Program-made: the position numbers and the translations under genes | The notes under the pieces: generated by a model | The model's database searches: none | Told to the model about the DNA's origin: nothing | What the model saw: the letters and a program-made list of their open reading frames with translations, nothing else | IMG/VR virus record: IMGVR_UViG_3300045988_118131 | DNA from: a virus | Length of the DNA stretch: 64,000 nt | Strand: one strand, 5' to 3' | Shown: piece after piece, positions 55,327 through 63,894 of the stretch | Position numbering within the stretch: the stretch's first letter is position 1 | Layout: each line of letters starts with the position of its first letter

Positions 55327-55563
55327 ATGCAAGTATTAGATTTAATAAATCAAGCCTCCGCTAACCCTCAAATGAATGAGGATGAACAAAAATTAATAGT
55401 AGAAACTGGAACCTCAATAGTGGAGGAAATACTAAAGAATAGGCACAAACCTGTTGTTAAAGTAAAGACTCCTAATAGAAATGATCCTTGTCCTTGCGGA
55501 AGTGGTAAGAAATACAAAAAGTGTTGCATGGATATAGATCAATCAATCATAAATAAACTATAA
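55327..55563 (+). CDS. SEC-C motif-containing protein
   Basis: C-terminal [16 protein letters not shown] is the SEC-C zinc-binding motif. Confidence 0.65.
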   Translation: MQVLDLINQASANPQMNEDEQKLIVETGTSIVEEILKNRHKPVVKVKTPNRNDPCPCGSGKKYKKCCMDIDQSIINKL

Positions 55564-56154
55564 ATGGGAAAACTGTTAAAATTACCTTACGATAAAGTCT
55601 TCTTTACGTCTGACACTCATTTTGGACATTCCAATATAATTAAATACTGTAATAGACCATTTAAAGATAAAGACGAGATGAATGAAACTCTTATTTCTAA
55701 TTGGAATAAAGTAGTTCCAGAAGATGGAATAGTAATTCATTGTGGAGACTTTGCTTTTGCTGGAGGAGATAAGATAAAGCAGATATTAGAGCGTTTAAAT
55801 GGTCATAAACATTTAGTGTTAGGAAATCATGACCATCAAATTAATTTTCCAAATAATTATCCCTACTTTGAAACTGTGGGAGATTTTGGTTTAATTAGAG
55901 TTATTGGAGATACAGAAATTCCTTCTCAAGACATTTTCTGTTGCCATTATCCAATGATAACATGGGATCAGGCTCATAGAGGAAGTTGGAACATATTTGG
56001 TCATATTCATACCTGTAAAGGGCAAAATATGATAACAAATAAACAAAGTCCGAATCAATACGATGTTGGAGTAGATCAGAACGATTATACTCCTGTGTCA
56101 TTTCAACAATTAAAAGAGATTATAACAAAACAAAATTTGTATGGAATTTTATAA
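55564..56154 (+). CDS. calcineurin-like metallophosphoesterase
   Basis: FTSDTHFGH, CGDF, LGNHD, GHIH. Confidence 0.7.
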   Translation: MGKLLKLPYDKVFFTSDTHFGHSNIIKYCNRPFKDKDEMNETLISNWNKVVPEDGIVIHCGDFAFAGGDKIKQILERLNGHKHLVLGNHDHQINFPNNYPYFETVGDFGLIRVIGDTEIPSQDIFCCHYPMITWDQAHRGSWNIFGHIHTCKGQNMITNKQSPNQYDVGVDQNDYTPVSFQQLKEIITKQNLYGIL

Positions 56155-56419
56155 CACCTATGTAAATTTAGAAACAGGTAAAAATGTTTCTATAAATGAA
56201 GTAATTGAATTTGTAGAGTATGTAGCTAAGACATTTAATCCTAATGCTTCATATAATAATGATATTACAACAGCCGCTTTTAGAAATGGTTTTGGAGGAT
56301 ATATAATACAAACATGTTTAGATGTTGTACGAAAGAATCCAAATAAATTTTTTATACAAAAAACCAATTTATACTCCAGAACTGGAGAATTATTAAATAC
56401 TTATTTTAAACAACTTTAA
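56141..56419 (+). CDS. hypothetical protein
   Basis: ORF track. Confidence 0.45.
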   Translation: MEFYNTYVNLETGKNVSINEVIEFVEYVAKTFNPNASYNNDITTAAFRNGFGGYIIQTCLDVVRKNPNKFFIQKTNLYSRTGELLNTYFKQL

Positions 56420-56431
56420 ATTTTAACAACT

Positions 56432-56833
56432 ATGGCAGTAAAGAAATCTTTTCAGGTATTAAGTGATTTATTAGTATTTAACAGTATTGAACCTACAATT
56501 GAAACTATCCCAACGGATGGATATAATGGCGCACATCGTTACCGTGTAAAATTATGTAATGGATTTAATAAAGAAACCCAAACAGCGGATTATGTAGACA
56601 AAACTGTTACTCTACAGTTTGTTCACAAAAATGAAGATGGAACTATAATTCCGGGATTACAGTCTGAACAGCTAGCTCTAATTCTTCTAGATAGAGTTAA
56701 GAAACTTAATGCGAAATTTCCTCATCCTACTAATGAAAAGCAAGTTGCAGGTTTGCAAATGTTTCTAGATGCTTGCAAGGAACGAGTTCAAGAGAGAATT
56801 GATAGAGGAGTCATGGGAGAGCTTAAACAATAA
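56432..56833 (+). CDS. hypothetical protein
   Basis: ORF track. Confidence 0.5.
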   Translation: MAVKKSFQVLSDLLVFNSIEPTIETIPTDGYNGAHRYRVKLCNGFNKETQTADYVDKTVTLQFVHKNEDGTIIPGLQSEQLALILLDRVKKLNAKFPHPTNEKQVAGLQMFLDACKERVQERIDRGVMGELKQ

Positions 56834-57019
56834 ATGCTTAAGATAAAAATAGGATTAAGTTGGGATGACCCCTACCCACTAATAATGTGGGTTACTCCAT
56901 TCCAACTTTATGAATTTTTAAAAATCCCCTATGACATACCAGTAAAAGTGTTGGGATGGAGAACCTTTCAAACATCTTGTTATATAACAGTTTTAGAATA
57001 TGATAATAGACAATTTTGA
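56834..57019 (+). CDS. hypothetical protein
   Basis: ORF track. Confidence 0.4.
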   Translation: MLKIKIGLSWDDPYPLIMWVTPFQLYEFLKIPYDIPVKVLGWRTFQTSCYITVLEYDNRQF

Positions 57020-57611
57020 TTTAATGCAAAGTATTTTAAAACCAGAATCTACAGACGATTTTTGGTTTGGACAAATTATTGCTAGGAGAAAGGATGTTAA
57101 AGATCTTCCAAGAGCTGATAAATGGATTAAATCTTATTATATTAAAGATTTTGACCATTTAAAAAGTAAAGAATCCGAAATAAAAAAGCTTTGTAATGTA
57201 TTTAAAGCTAGATTCTATCTTAATCCAAATGTAAGAAGTTTTGAAAGAGTTAATCTAAATTTAATCAAATCCTTAGTAGAGAATATTCAATATAAACAAT
57301 TTGATTCACTTGCTTCTAAAATTGATTCCGTTTGTGGATATACTACAACTCCGGGTAGAAAAAAAGTTTGGGTGATAGATGTAGACGAGTCTGACTTTAC
57401 TAAAAATAGTTTAGTTGAATGTATAAACCAATGCGACCCTGTTGGGGAGAAACATTTAGTTACAATTCCTACAGTAAATGGCTATCATCTGCTATGTAGT
57501 CCATTTAATAAAGCTAAATTTTCTGCAATTAAATCAAGTTATAATGTAGATTTAGTAGAAGATGCTATTAAATCTAATTCTCCAACTCTAATTTATTTTA
57601 ATAATGATTAA
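57000..57611 (+). CDS. hypothetical protein
   Basis: ORF track. Confidence 0.5.
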   Translation: MIIDNFDLMQSILKPESTDDFWFGQIIARRKDVKDLPRADKWIKSYYIKDFDHLKSKESEIKKLCNVFKARFYLNPNVRSFERVNLNLIKSLVENIQYKQFDSLASKIDSVCGYTTTPGRKKVWVIDVDESDFTKNSLVECINQCDPVGEKHLVTIPTVNGYHLLCSPFNKAKFSAIKSSYNVDLVEDAIKSNSPTLIYFNND

Positions 57612-57990
57612 GTATAAAGGATCTCCGATTAACTTTCCTCCATTAGAACATCCTGTTGTTCTTATAATTACTGATAATGTAGTAGAGGCTAAAAAAGAAT
57701 TACAATTAGCTTGGGATTTAGAGGATTCAAGTGATGTGGGTCAGGCTGTATTTCAACATAGTACTGGAATAGTATATTGTATAGTTTTAGACACTGCAAC
57801 AAGACTAACTGTGCTGCACGAAGCTCTACATTGTATAAACTTTATATATTCTGTTATAAACGCTGAGATTGATCCTAACTCTGATGAAATTTATGTAAGA
57901 CATGCATCTTGGTTGCAAGATGTTATATTAACAGAGTGGGAAGATTATTATAATAATTTAGCTTTAAGAAATGAAAACAATAGCAATTAG
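57604..57990 (+). CDS. hypothetical protein with an HEXXH motif (possible small zinc metallopeptidase)
   Basis: VLHEALHCINF contains HEALH. 128 aa. Confidence 0.4.
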   Translation: MIKYKGSPINFPPLEHPVVLIITDNVVEAKKELQLAWDLEDSSDVGQAVFQHSTGIVYCIVLDTATRLTVLHEALHCINFIYSVINAEIDPNSDEIYVRHASWLQDVILTEWEDYYNNLALRNENNSN

Positions 57991-58687
57991 TGATTTACAT
58001 GGACTGCTTCCAGAAATAGTAGAACCTGCTGATATAATGTTTATTTGTGGAGATATTAGTCCCTTGCATATTCAGTTTAATAAGCCAGAAATGTGGAAGT
58101 GGCTAACTGGAGAGTTTATGGATTGGATAATTGGTCTTCCAGTAGAAAAAGTGTATTTAGTAGCTGGAAATCATGACGCATTTTTTGAAGGAGCTTCTAC
58201 GTCTAAGAAGGTTGAACTTTCATTTTTATCGTCCCATAAATTAATATACTTGGAAAACGAGCTAGTGTATTATGTTGATAATGATGGGATTACTTGGAGT
58301 ATATTTGGGACTCCTTACTGTCATCAATATGGAAACTGGCCTTTTATGAGGACAGATGCGTATATGGAAGAAAAATTTAAGGAAATTCCTGACGAAGTCA
58401 ACTTTATTCTAACTCATGATACTCCTTACGGATGGAAAAATCAAGATGTAATACTAGAAAGACCGAGATGGAGTAATGAAAGTTTAGAGCATGTTGGAAA
58501 TGAGCCACTAGCGAATAGACTAAAAGAGATTCAATTTGCTTGGTGCTTTCACGGACATATTCATAGTTCTAGTCATGAACCTGAAGCTATTGAAGGGGAG
58601 AATACTGGATTTGTAGTAAATGTTAGTTATTGCAATGAGAGTTATGACGGAATTTATGAACCTCTTTATTTAACTCATATAAAATAG
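57971..58687 (+). CDS. calcineurin-like metallophosphoesterase
   Basis: IAISDLHG, CGDIS, AGNHD, THDTP, HGHIH. Confidence 0.7.
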   Translation: MKTIAISDLHGLLPEIVEPADIMFICGDISPLHIQFNKPEMWKWLTGEFMDWIIGLPVEKVYLVAGNHDAFFEGASTSKKVELSFLSSHKLIYLENELVYYVDNDGITWSIFGTPYCHQYGNWPFMRTDAYMEEKFKEIPDEVNFILTHDTPYGWKNQDVILERPRWSNESLEHVGNEPLANRLKEIQFAWCFHGHIHSSSHEPEAIEGENTGFVVNVSYCNESYDGIYEPLYLTHIK

Positions 58688-58688
58688 T

Positions 58689-58844
58689 ATGGCATTCTTA
58701 TATTATATGGCACTCGTACTTCTGATAATATTTGCAATAATTGGAGTGATGCCATTTATACTTTTTATTATAATATTATTAAAATTAGGAATACATATAA
58801 AATTACCAAATGAACGCATTAGTAATAGTAGATCCTCAAAATGA
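58689..58844 (+). CDS. small membrane protein (51 aa), speculative
   Basis: ATG 58689 to TGA 58842-58844. Very hydrophobic. Overlaps the pncA start by 35 nt. Confidence 0.25.
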   Translation: MAFLYYMALVLLIIFAIIGVMPFILFIIILLKLGIHIKLPNERISNSRSSK

Positions 58845-59391
58845 TTTTATAAACGGATCATTAGCAGTTCCGGGAGCTGAAAAAGCAATTAATAATACAA
58901 TAGAATTTATAAAGGAACACAAAGAAGATCTTGCTTATATAGCAATAACGGCAGATTGGCATCCTTATGACCATTGTTCGTTTAAAGAATATGGAGGTAC
59001 GTGGGAATCCCACTGTGTTATGTATAGTGCTGGAGCAAGTATTTATCAACCACTTCTGGAAGTTATTAAAGAGACTGGAATTTTTTGTAAAGTCTGGAAT
59101 AAAGGAACATATTCTGATAGAGAAGAATACAGCATTTTTGACAGAGAAGAAGGACGAGAGTTTCTTGACGAACTTAACGATAGAACTACAATAGATGCAA
59201 GTAAAGAAGAGTACGGAGAAATTTATGTAGCAGGATTAGCTGGAGACTTTTGTGTATTCCACACAGTAAAAGATTTAGTTGATGAAGGATTAGGAGATTG
59301 GATGCATATTCTTTTAGATGGTGTAGCCTCTATTGATGGTGGAGTTAAATTGAAAAATCTTCTGAAGGAATGTGGTATATCATCCCTCTAA
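58810..59391 (+). CDS. pncA: nicotinamidase/pyrazinamidase (isochorismatase family)
   Basis: Aligns by eye with E. coli PncA: LVIVDPQNDF, ADWHPYDHCSF, WESHCVMYSAGA, KGTYSDREEYSIF, and GLAGDFCV (catalytic Cys). Confidence 0.8.
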   Translation: MNALVIVDPQNDFINGSLAVPGAEKAINNTIEFIKEHKEDLAYIAITADWHPYDHCSFKEYGGTWESHCVMYSAGASIYQPLLEVIKETGIFCKVWNKGTYSDREEYSIFDREEGREFLDELNDRTTIDASKEEYGEIYVAGLAGDFCVFHTVKDLVDEGLGDWMHILLDGVASIDGGVKLKNLLKECGISSL

Positions 59392-59558
59392 TAATTTGCC
59401 TACTAGGAGGAATGTTTATTCCTAATATAGTAGATAAGAATGATTGTGAGGAAAGACTAATATATTCTATATTAGTTATTCTCCCACTCGTTAATATAGT
59501 AATTTCAGTTGTATGCATAGTATATACTATTGCTTATATTTTAGAATTAACAGAATAG
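59370..59558 (+). CDS. small membrane protein
   Basis: ORF track. Two hydrophobic helices. Confidence 0.4.
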   Translation: MWYIIPLIICLLGGMFIPNIVDKNDCEERLIYSILVILPLVNIVISVVCIVYTIAYILELTE

Positions 59559-59561
59559 ACA

Positions 59562-60734
59562 ATGACAACTTCAATTTTAGACAACGATTTATATAAGTTT
59601 ACAACTTCTTACGCATATATGAAAATGTTCCCTCAAGCGACGGGGACATTTAAATTTTATGACAGAAATCATACAAAATATACTAAAGAAGAAGTCGCAA
59701 AAATTATACAAAGAGTATGGCATCTTCAGAATTTAGCTCTTACAGATGAAGAAGCTAATTTTATGAAAAATGCTTGTTATTTTATTCCTACATATTATTT
59801 TGATTGGTTGAAATCATTTAGGTTTAACCCTAAGCAATTAAACATAACTTATAATGAAGAGACTAAAGAGCTGGGAATAGAAGCCACAGGGTTATTATAT
59901 GAAGTTACTCTATGGGAAGTACCTATTTTAGCTATTATTAGCGAAGTCCAGACTTTAGAACAAGGTCCAATAGACACTTTATACACTATACGTAAAACTG
60001 TTGAGAAAGCTACTATAGCAGAACGCAACAACTTAAAATTTAGTGAATTTGGAACACGACGTAGAGCTTCGTTTAGTGTACAGGATTTGGTTGTAGAAAC
60101 TTTAGCAAAGAATTGTCCTACTTCATTAACTGGTACTTCTAATTGTTTCTTTGCAATGAAATACCACCTTACTCCTATAGGCACTCATCCTCACGAATGG
60201 TTTATGTTTCATGGAGCTATGTATGGATACGAACATGCCAACTATATGGCTTTAGAAAATTGGATCAACGTGTATGATGGAGATTTAGGTATTGCCTTAT
60301 CCGATACTTACACTTCTGACGTCTTCTTCAAGAACTTTTCAAAGAAACACGCTAAGTTATACGATGGTATCAGACAGGATAGTGGAGATCCCTTTAGGTT
60401 TATCGAAAAAGCTATAAACAGGTATAAAGAATTAAAAGTAAATCCTATAACCAAGACAATTATATTTTCAGATGCTTTAACTATGGATAAAGCTGTAGAA
60501 ATTAACAATAATTGCATTGGACGAATTGGTTGTGCATTTGGTATTGGAACCCATTTAACTAATGACTGTGGTTTAAAGCCGGCTAATATTGTGATGAAAC
60601 TTACAGAATGTAGAATGAATAGTAAACAGCCATCAAAACACTGTGTTAAACTATCTGATGCTGAAGGAAAGCATATGGGAGATCCAGATGAAGTTAGTCT
60701 AGCTTTATTAACTATAAACCAACATTATAAATAA
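59562..60734 (+). CDS. pncB: nicotinate phosphoribosyltransferase
   Basis: LDNDLYKFT, SEFGTRRR, LTGTSN and IGTHPHEWF match the conserved PncB motifs. Confidence 0.8.
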   Translation: MTTSILDNDLYKFTTSYAYMKMFPQATGTFKFYDRNHTKYTKEEVAKIIQRVWHLQNLALTDEEANFMKNACYFIPTYYFDWLKSFRFNPKQLNITYNEETKELGIEATGLLYEVTLWEVPILAIISEVQTLEQGPIDTLYTIRKTVEKATIAERNNLKFSEFGTRRRASFSVQDLVVETLAKNCPTSLTGTSNCFFAMKYHLTPIGTHPHEWFMFHGAMYGYEHANYMALENWINVYDGDLGIALSDTYTSDVFFKNFSKKHAKLYDGIRQDSGDPFRFIEKAINRYKELKVNPITKTIIFSDALTMDKAVEINNNCIGRIGCAFGIGTHLTNDCGLKPANIVMKLTECRMNSKQPSKHCVKLSDAEGKHMGDPDEVSLALLTINQHYK

Positions 60735-60983
60735 ATGAAAGTAACTGTTAAACAATTAATAAGAGACGACAGTTTCCAAGCTGAAAGACTACTAATTGAT
60801 GGTAAAGAAGTAATGAGTGTGTGCGACCTATGGGAGTGTCCAGAAGATGCTATTTTAGGAAGGGATTTAAATTCCATGGAAGAAGTAGCCGATCTTATGT
60901 ACCTGGCATATCAAGCAGGTAAAAAGGGGGAAGTATGGGATAGAGAAACTATTGAATACGAAGAAGAAGAATTTTATAATTAA
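60735..60983 (+). CDS. hypothetical acidic protein
   Basis: ORF track. Confidence 0.45.
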   Translation: MKVTVKQLIRDDSFQAERLLIDGKEVMSVCDLWECPEDAILGRDLNSMEEVADLMYLAYQAGKKGEVWDRETIEYEEEEFYN

Positions 60984-60990
60984 ATTTATT

Positions 60991-61941
60991 ATGGATAAGA
61001 AATTAAATTACGAAACAGTATTTGACACTTTAGTAGAGAAAACTCAAGAGTATGTGGAATCAAACCATCTAAAGGCTATGATACTTGGAATTAGTGGTGG
61101 TATAGACTCTACTGTTGTTGCTGCTATTTGTCATGAGGTTAGTAAGAAGACTGACATTCCTCTTATAGGCAGGAGTCTTCCTATATATAAACATGCAGAT
61201 GCAACATTTAATGAATCTATTCTGGTAGGAAGAGCTTTCTGTGATGATTTTCGAATATGCCCTATGACTAGATTGTATTTAGCAGCACTTAAAGAAGTAT
61301 ACCAAGTAGAGAATATGGAACGTCATGAATCTACATATTCTATTGAGGAACTGGAACAAGCCAATGGTCAGACTAAAGTAGCTAATGGCAATATTCAAGC
61401 TAGACTTAGAATGATGTTCTTATATAACCTTGCTTCAATTCATAAAGGACTAGTAATGAGTACAGATAATCAAACTGAATATCAGCTTGGATTCTGGACT
61501 ATTCATGGTGATGTAGGTGACTTCGATCCTCTACAGGATTTGTGGAAGACTGAAGTCTATGGATTGGCTGAATATCTACGTGATATGTATCTTGAACTTT
61601 ACTGTGCAGCCACTTTGGATAAACATGAAGAATCTAGAGAATGGGAACTCTATTGGAAAGCAAAGTTTGAAGCCATGGAACACTCTATAGCCCTTACTCC
61701 TACCGATGGTCTTGGTATCAGTAACAGTGACCTTGATCAGATTGGAGCTAAAAGTTATGCTGAGGTTGATGATATACTTCAAACTATGCTTTTATATAAA
61801 AATCCAGAAAGAGAGAAGTGGGATATTTTATATAATAAGTATGGAGAAGAAGTAGTAAACAAAGTTTGGAATAGACATCTTGCTTCTGAATTTAAAAGAA
61901 AGGATCTACCTGTAGTAATAGAAAGAGAGTTGTATATTTAA
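60991..61941 (+). CDS. nadE: NH3-dependent NAD+ synthetase
   Basis: PP-loop ILGISGGIDSTVVA. Also STDNQTEYQLGFWTIHGDVGDFDPLQDLWKTEVYGLAEYL. No glutaminase domain. Start moved to ATG 60991 (track gives 60952). Confidence 0.8.
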   Translation: MDKKLNYETVFDTLVEKTQEYVESNHLKAMILGISGGIDSTVVAAICHEVSKKTDIPLIGRSLPIYKHADATFNESILVGRAFCDDFRICPMTRLYLAALKEVYQVENMERHESTYSIEELEQANGQTKVANGNIQARLRMMFLYNLASIHKGLVMSTDNQTEYQLGFWTIHGDVGDFDPLQDLWKTEVYGLAEYLRDMYLELYCAATLDKHEESREWELYWKAKFEAMEHSIALTPTDGLGISNSDLDQIGAKSYAEVDDILQTMLLYKNPEREKWDILYNKYGEEVVNKVWNRHLASEFKRKDLPVVIERELYI

Positions 61942-61963
61942 CGTACTTATATAAGTAATATAA

Positions 61964-62476
61964 ATGAAAGTAATAAATTTATTTGCTGGACCTGGAAGCG
62001 GTAAGTCTACAACCTGTGCTGGAGTATTTAGTAAATTAAAATTAGCAGGAATAAATTGTGAAATGGCATTAGAGTATGCCAAGGATAAAGTGTGGGAACA
62101 ATCCTTCCACACTTTAGACAATCAAATCTATATATTTGGAAAACAGTTACATAGGCTATGGAGATTAAAGGATCAGGTAGATGTAGTAATTACTGATTCT
62201 CCGTTATTATTTTCTATAATTTACGATAAAACTTGTAATGAGAAATTTGGAGCTCTTGTTTTGGATCAATTTAATCAATTTGAAAATATCAACTACTTCA
62301 TAACGAGAGGTAACACATATAATCCAAAGGGAAGAATGCAAACTCTTGAAGAATCTATGGATTTAGACTGTAAAATAGCATCATTATTGGAGAGTAATAA
62401 TATTCCTTTCAATTTTGTTAATAAAATGGATGCAGTTGATATAATTTGTGAAAACACTTTAAAATTTGATTTATGA
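61964..62476 (+). CDS. P-loop NTPase (AAA_28/NadR-kinase-like; possible ribosylnicotinamide or nucleotide kinase)
   Basis: Walker A FAGPGSGKSTT, EYAKD, Walker B-like VVITDSP. 170 aa. Embedded between nadE and nadD. Confidence 0.4.
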   Translation: MKVINLFAGPGSGKSTTCAGVFSKLKLAGINCEMALEYAKDKVWEQSFHTLDNQIYIFGKQLHRLWRLKDQVDVVITDSPLLFSIIYDKTCNEKFGALVLDQFNQFENINYFITRGNTYNPKGRMQTLEESMDLDCKIASLLESNNIPFNFVNKMDAVDIICENTLKFDL

Positions 62477-63099
62477 AAATAGGTTTATTCTTAGGATCCT
62501 TTGACCCAATTCATATAGGACATATATCTATTATATCTTCAGTTTTAAATGCTGGATTTGTAGACAAAGTAATAGTTATTCCAGCCTGGCATAACCCATT
62601 TAAAGAGCATAGCCCAGCCTCTTTTATGAAAAGGTGGTTAATGTGCTATCAATCATTTAAAGACATTCCAAATGTTCAATGTTCTCAGATAGAAAGCACA
62701 CTACACGATAGGTTACAAATAGATAGGATTCCTACCTATAAAGTGTTGGACGTATATAGAAATGATCCTTCTTTAAAAAACGGGGAGATATACATAATTA
62801 CTACTTCTGAGACATTCTCTGAAATTCCATCTTGGGAAAATGGAGATGAAATATTAAAGTCCAATAATTTTGTTATTATCAAAGTAGAGGGTCATGATAT
62901 TGATTGGAAATTAGCCAAAAAAGTAGAAACTTATGGTAATAAATGTATTTGTGACACCAGTCTAGAGTTTATAGATATAAGTTCTACTAAAATTAGAAAT
63001 ATGATAAAGGAAAATAAAATTATTTCTCCTTATGTACCTAATGATGCTCAGTTAATAATTAAAAAATTTGATTTATATAATGAAAAACTTTCCAATTAA
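62473..63099 (+). CDS. nadD: nicotinate-nucleotide adenylyltransferase
   Basis: GSFDPIHIGH, the (H/T)xGH motif, and the ISSTKIRN motif. Confidence 0.8.
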   Translation: MKIGLFLGSFDPIHIGHISIISSVLNAGFVDKVIVIPAWHNPFKEHSPASFMKRWLMCYQSFKDIPNVQCSQIESTLHDRLQIDRIPTYKVLDVYRNDPSLKNGEIYIITTSETFSEIPSWENGDEILKSNNFVIIKVEGHDIDWKLAKKVETYGNKCICDTSLEFIDISSTKIRNMIKENKIISPYVPNDAQLIIKKFDLYNEKLSN

Positions 63100-63592
63100 A
63101 GTACAAGAAGATACCATTATTAATGGCGAAAATATGAAGGGTAAAACCTTTTGGGTTAGTAGATCCTGTGCGGTAGCTGTATTCGTATTTGCGAATATAA
63201 AAGGAATCTGGTATGTTTTAGCCAATCAAAGAGGTAAAGGATGTCCAGATTATCAAGGGTATTGGAATTGTCCTTGTGGTTATGTAGACTACAATGAAAC
63301 TATCCGAGAAGCTGCATATAGAGAATTGTGGGAAGAATCTATGCTTAATAAATCAGATGTTAAATTGAGACAAGTAGGCTTTAATGATAACCCAAATGAT
63401 GATAATAAGCAAAATATCACATTCAGATTGGTGGGACTAATAGACACTAATTCTTTACCAGAAATTTATTGTGAATTTTCTGAGCCAGATGAAATAGAAA
63501 ATCTAGCATGGATTCCTTTAGCTGAAATTGGTATATACGACTGGGCATTTAACCACGATAAACTAATCTTCGAAATGTTTAGACAATTATAA
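63080..63592 (+). CDS. Nudix hydrolase
   Basis: Nudix box GYVDYNETIREAAYRELWEES. The track start is TTG 63068; ATG 63080 is preferred. Confidence 0.75.
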   Translation: MKNFPIKVQEDTIINGENMKGKTFWVSRSCAVAVFVFANIKGIWYVLANQRGKGCPDYQGYWNCPCGYVDYNETIREAAYRELWEESMLNKSDVKLRQVGFNDNPNDDNKQNITFRLVGLIDTNSLPEIYCEFSEPDEIENLAWIPLAEIGIYDWAFNHDKLIFEMFRQL

Positions 63593-63894
63593 TGAATCCT
63601 AATACATTTAATAAAATAACTAGACTTCTGAATGGTGAATCATTTATAACTAAAGAACCAGGAAATTCTATGCTTCCATTATACAAAAGTAATGAGGAGC
63701 ATTTGCTTACTCCTATTACATGGGAACAGTGCAAAGTAGGTGACGTAGTATTTTGCAAAGTAAAAGGAAGTTGCCTCACTCATAAGGTATATGCTATTGA
63801 TTCCAAGAAAGGCTGTCTTATAGGAAATAACAAAGGGCATATGAATGGATGGACTAAAAATGTATATGGACTAGCTCACAAACTAAAGAAATGA
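63592..63894 (+). CDS. S24/S26-like peptidase domain protein (no DNA-binding domain)
   Basis: EPGNSMLPL resembles the GxSMxP catalytic Ser motif. 100 aa. Confidence 0.4.
   Translation: MNPNTFNKITRLLNGESFITKEPGNSMLPLYKSNEEHLLTPITWEQCKVGDVVFCKVKGSCLTHKVYAIDSKKGCLIGNNKGHMNGWTKNVYGLAHKLKK

Noticed and set aside
58967-59194. 75-aa + strand ORF in an alternative frame inside pncA.
   Set aside because: It lies wholly within the nicotinamidase ORF, whose frame carries all the family motifs. The alternative translation has no features.
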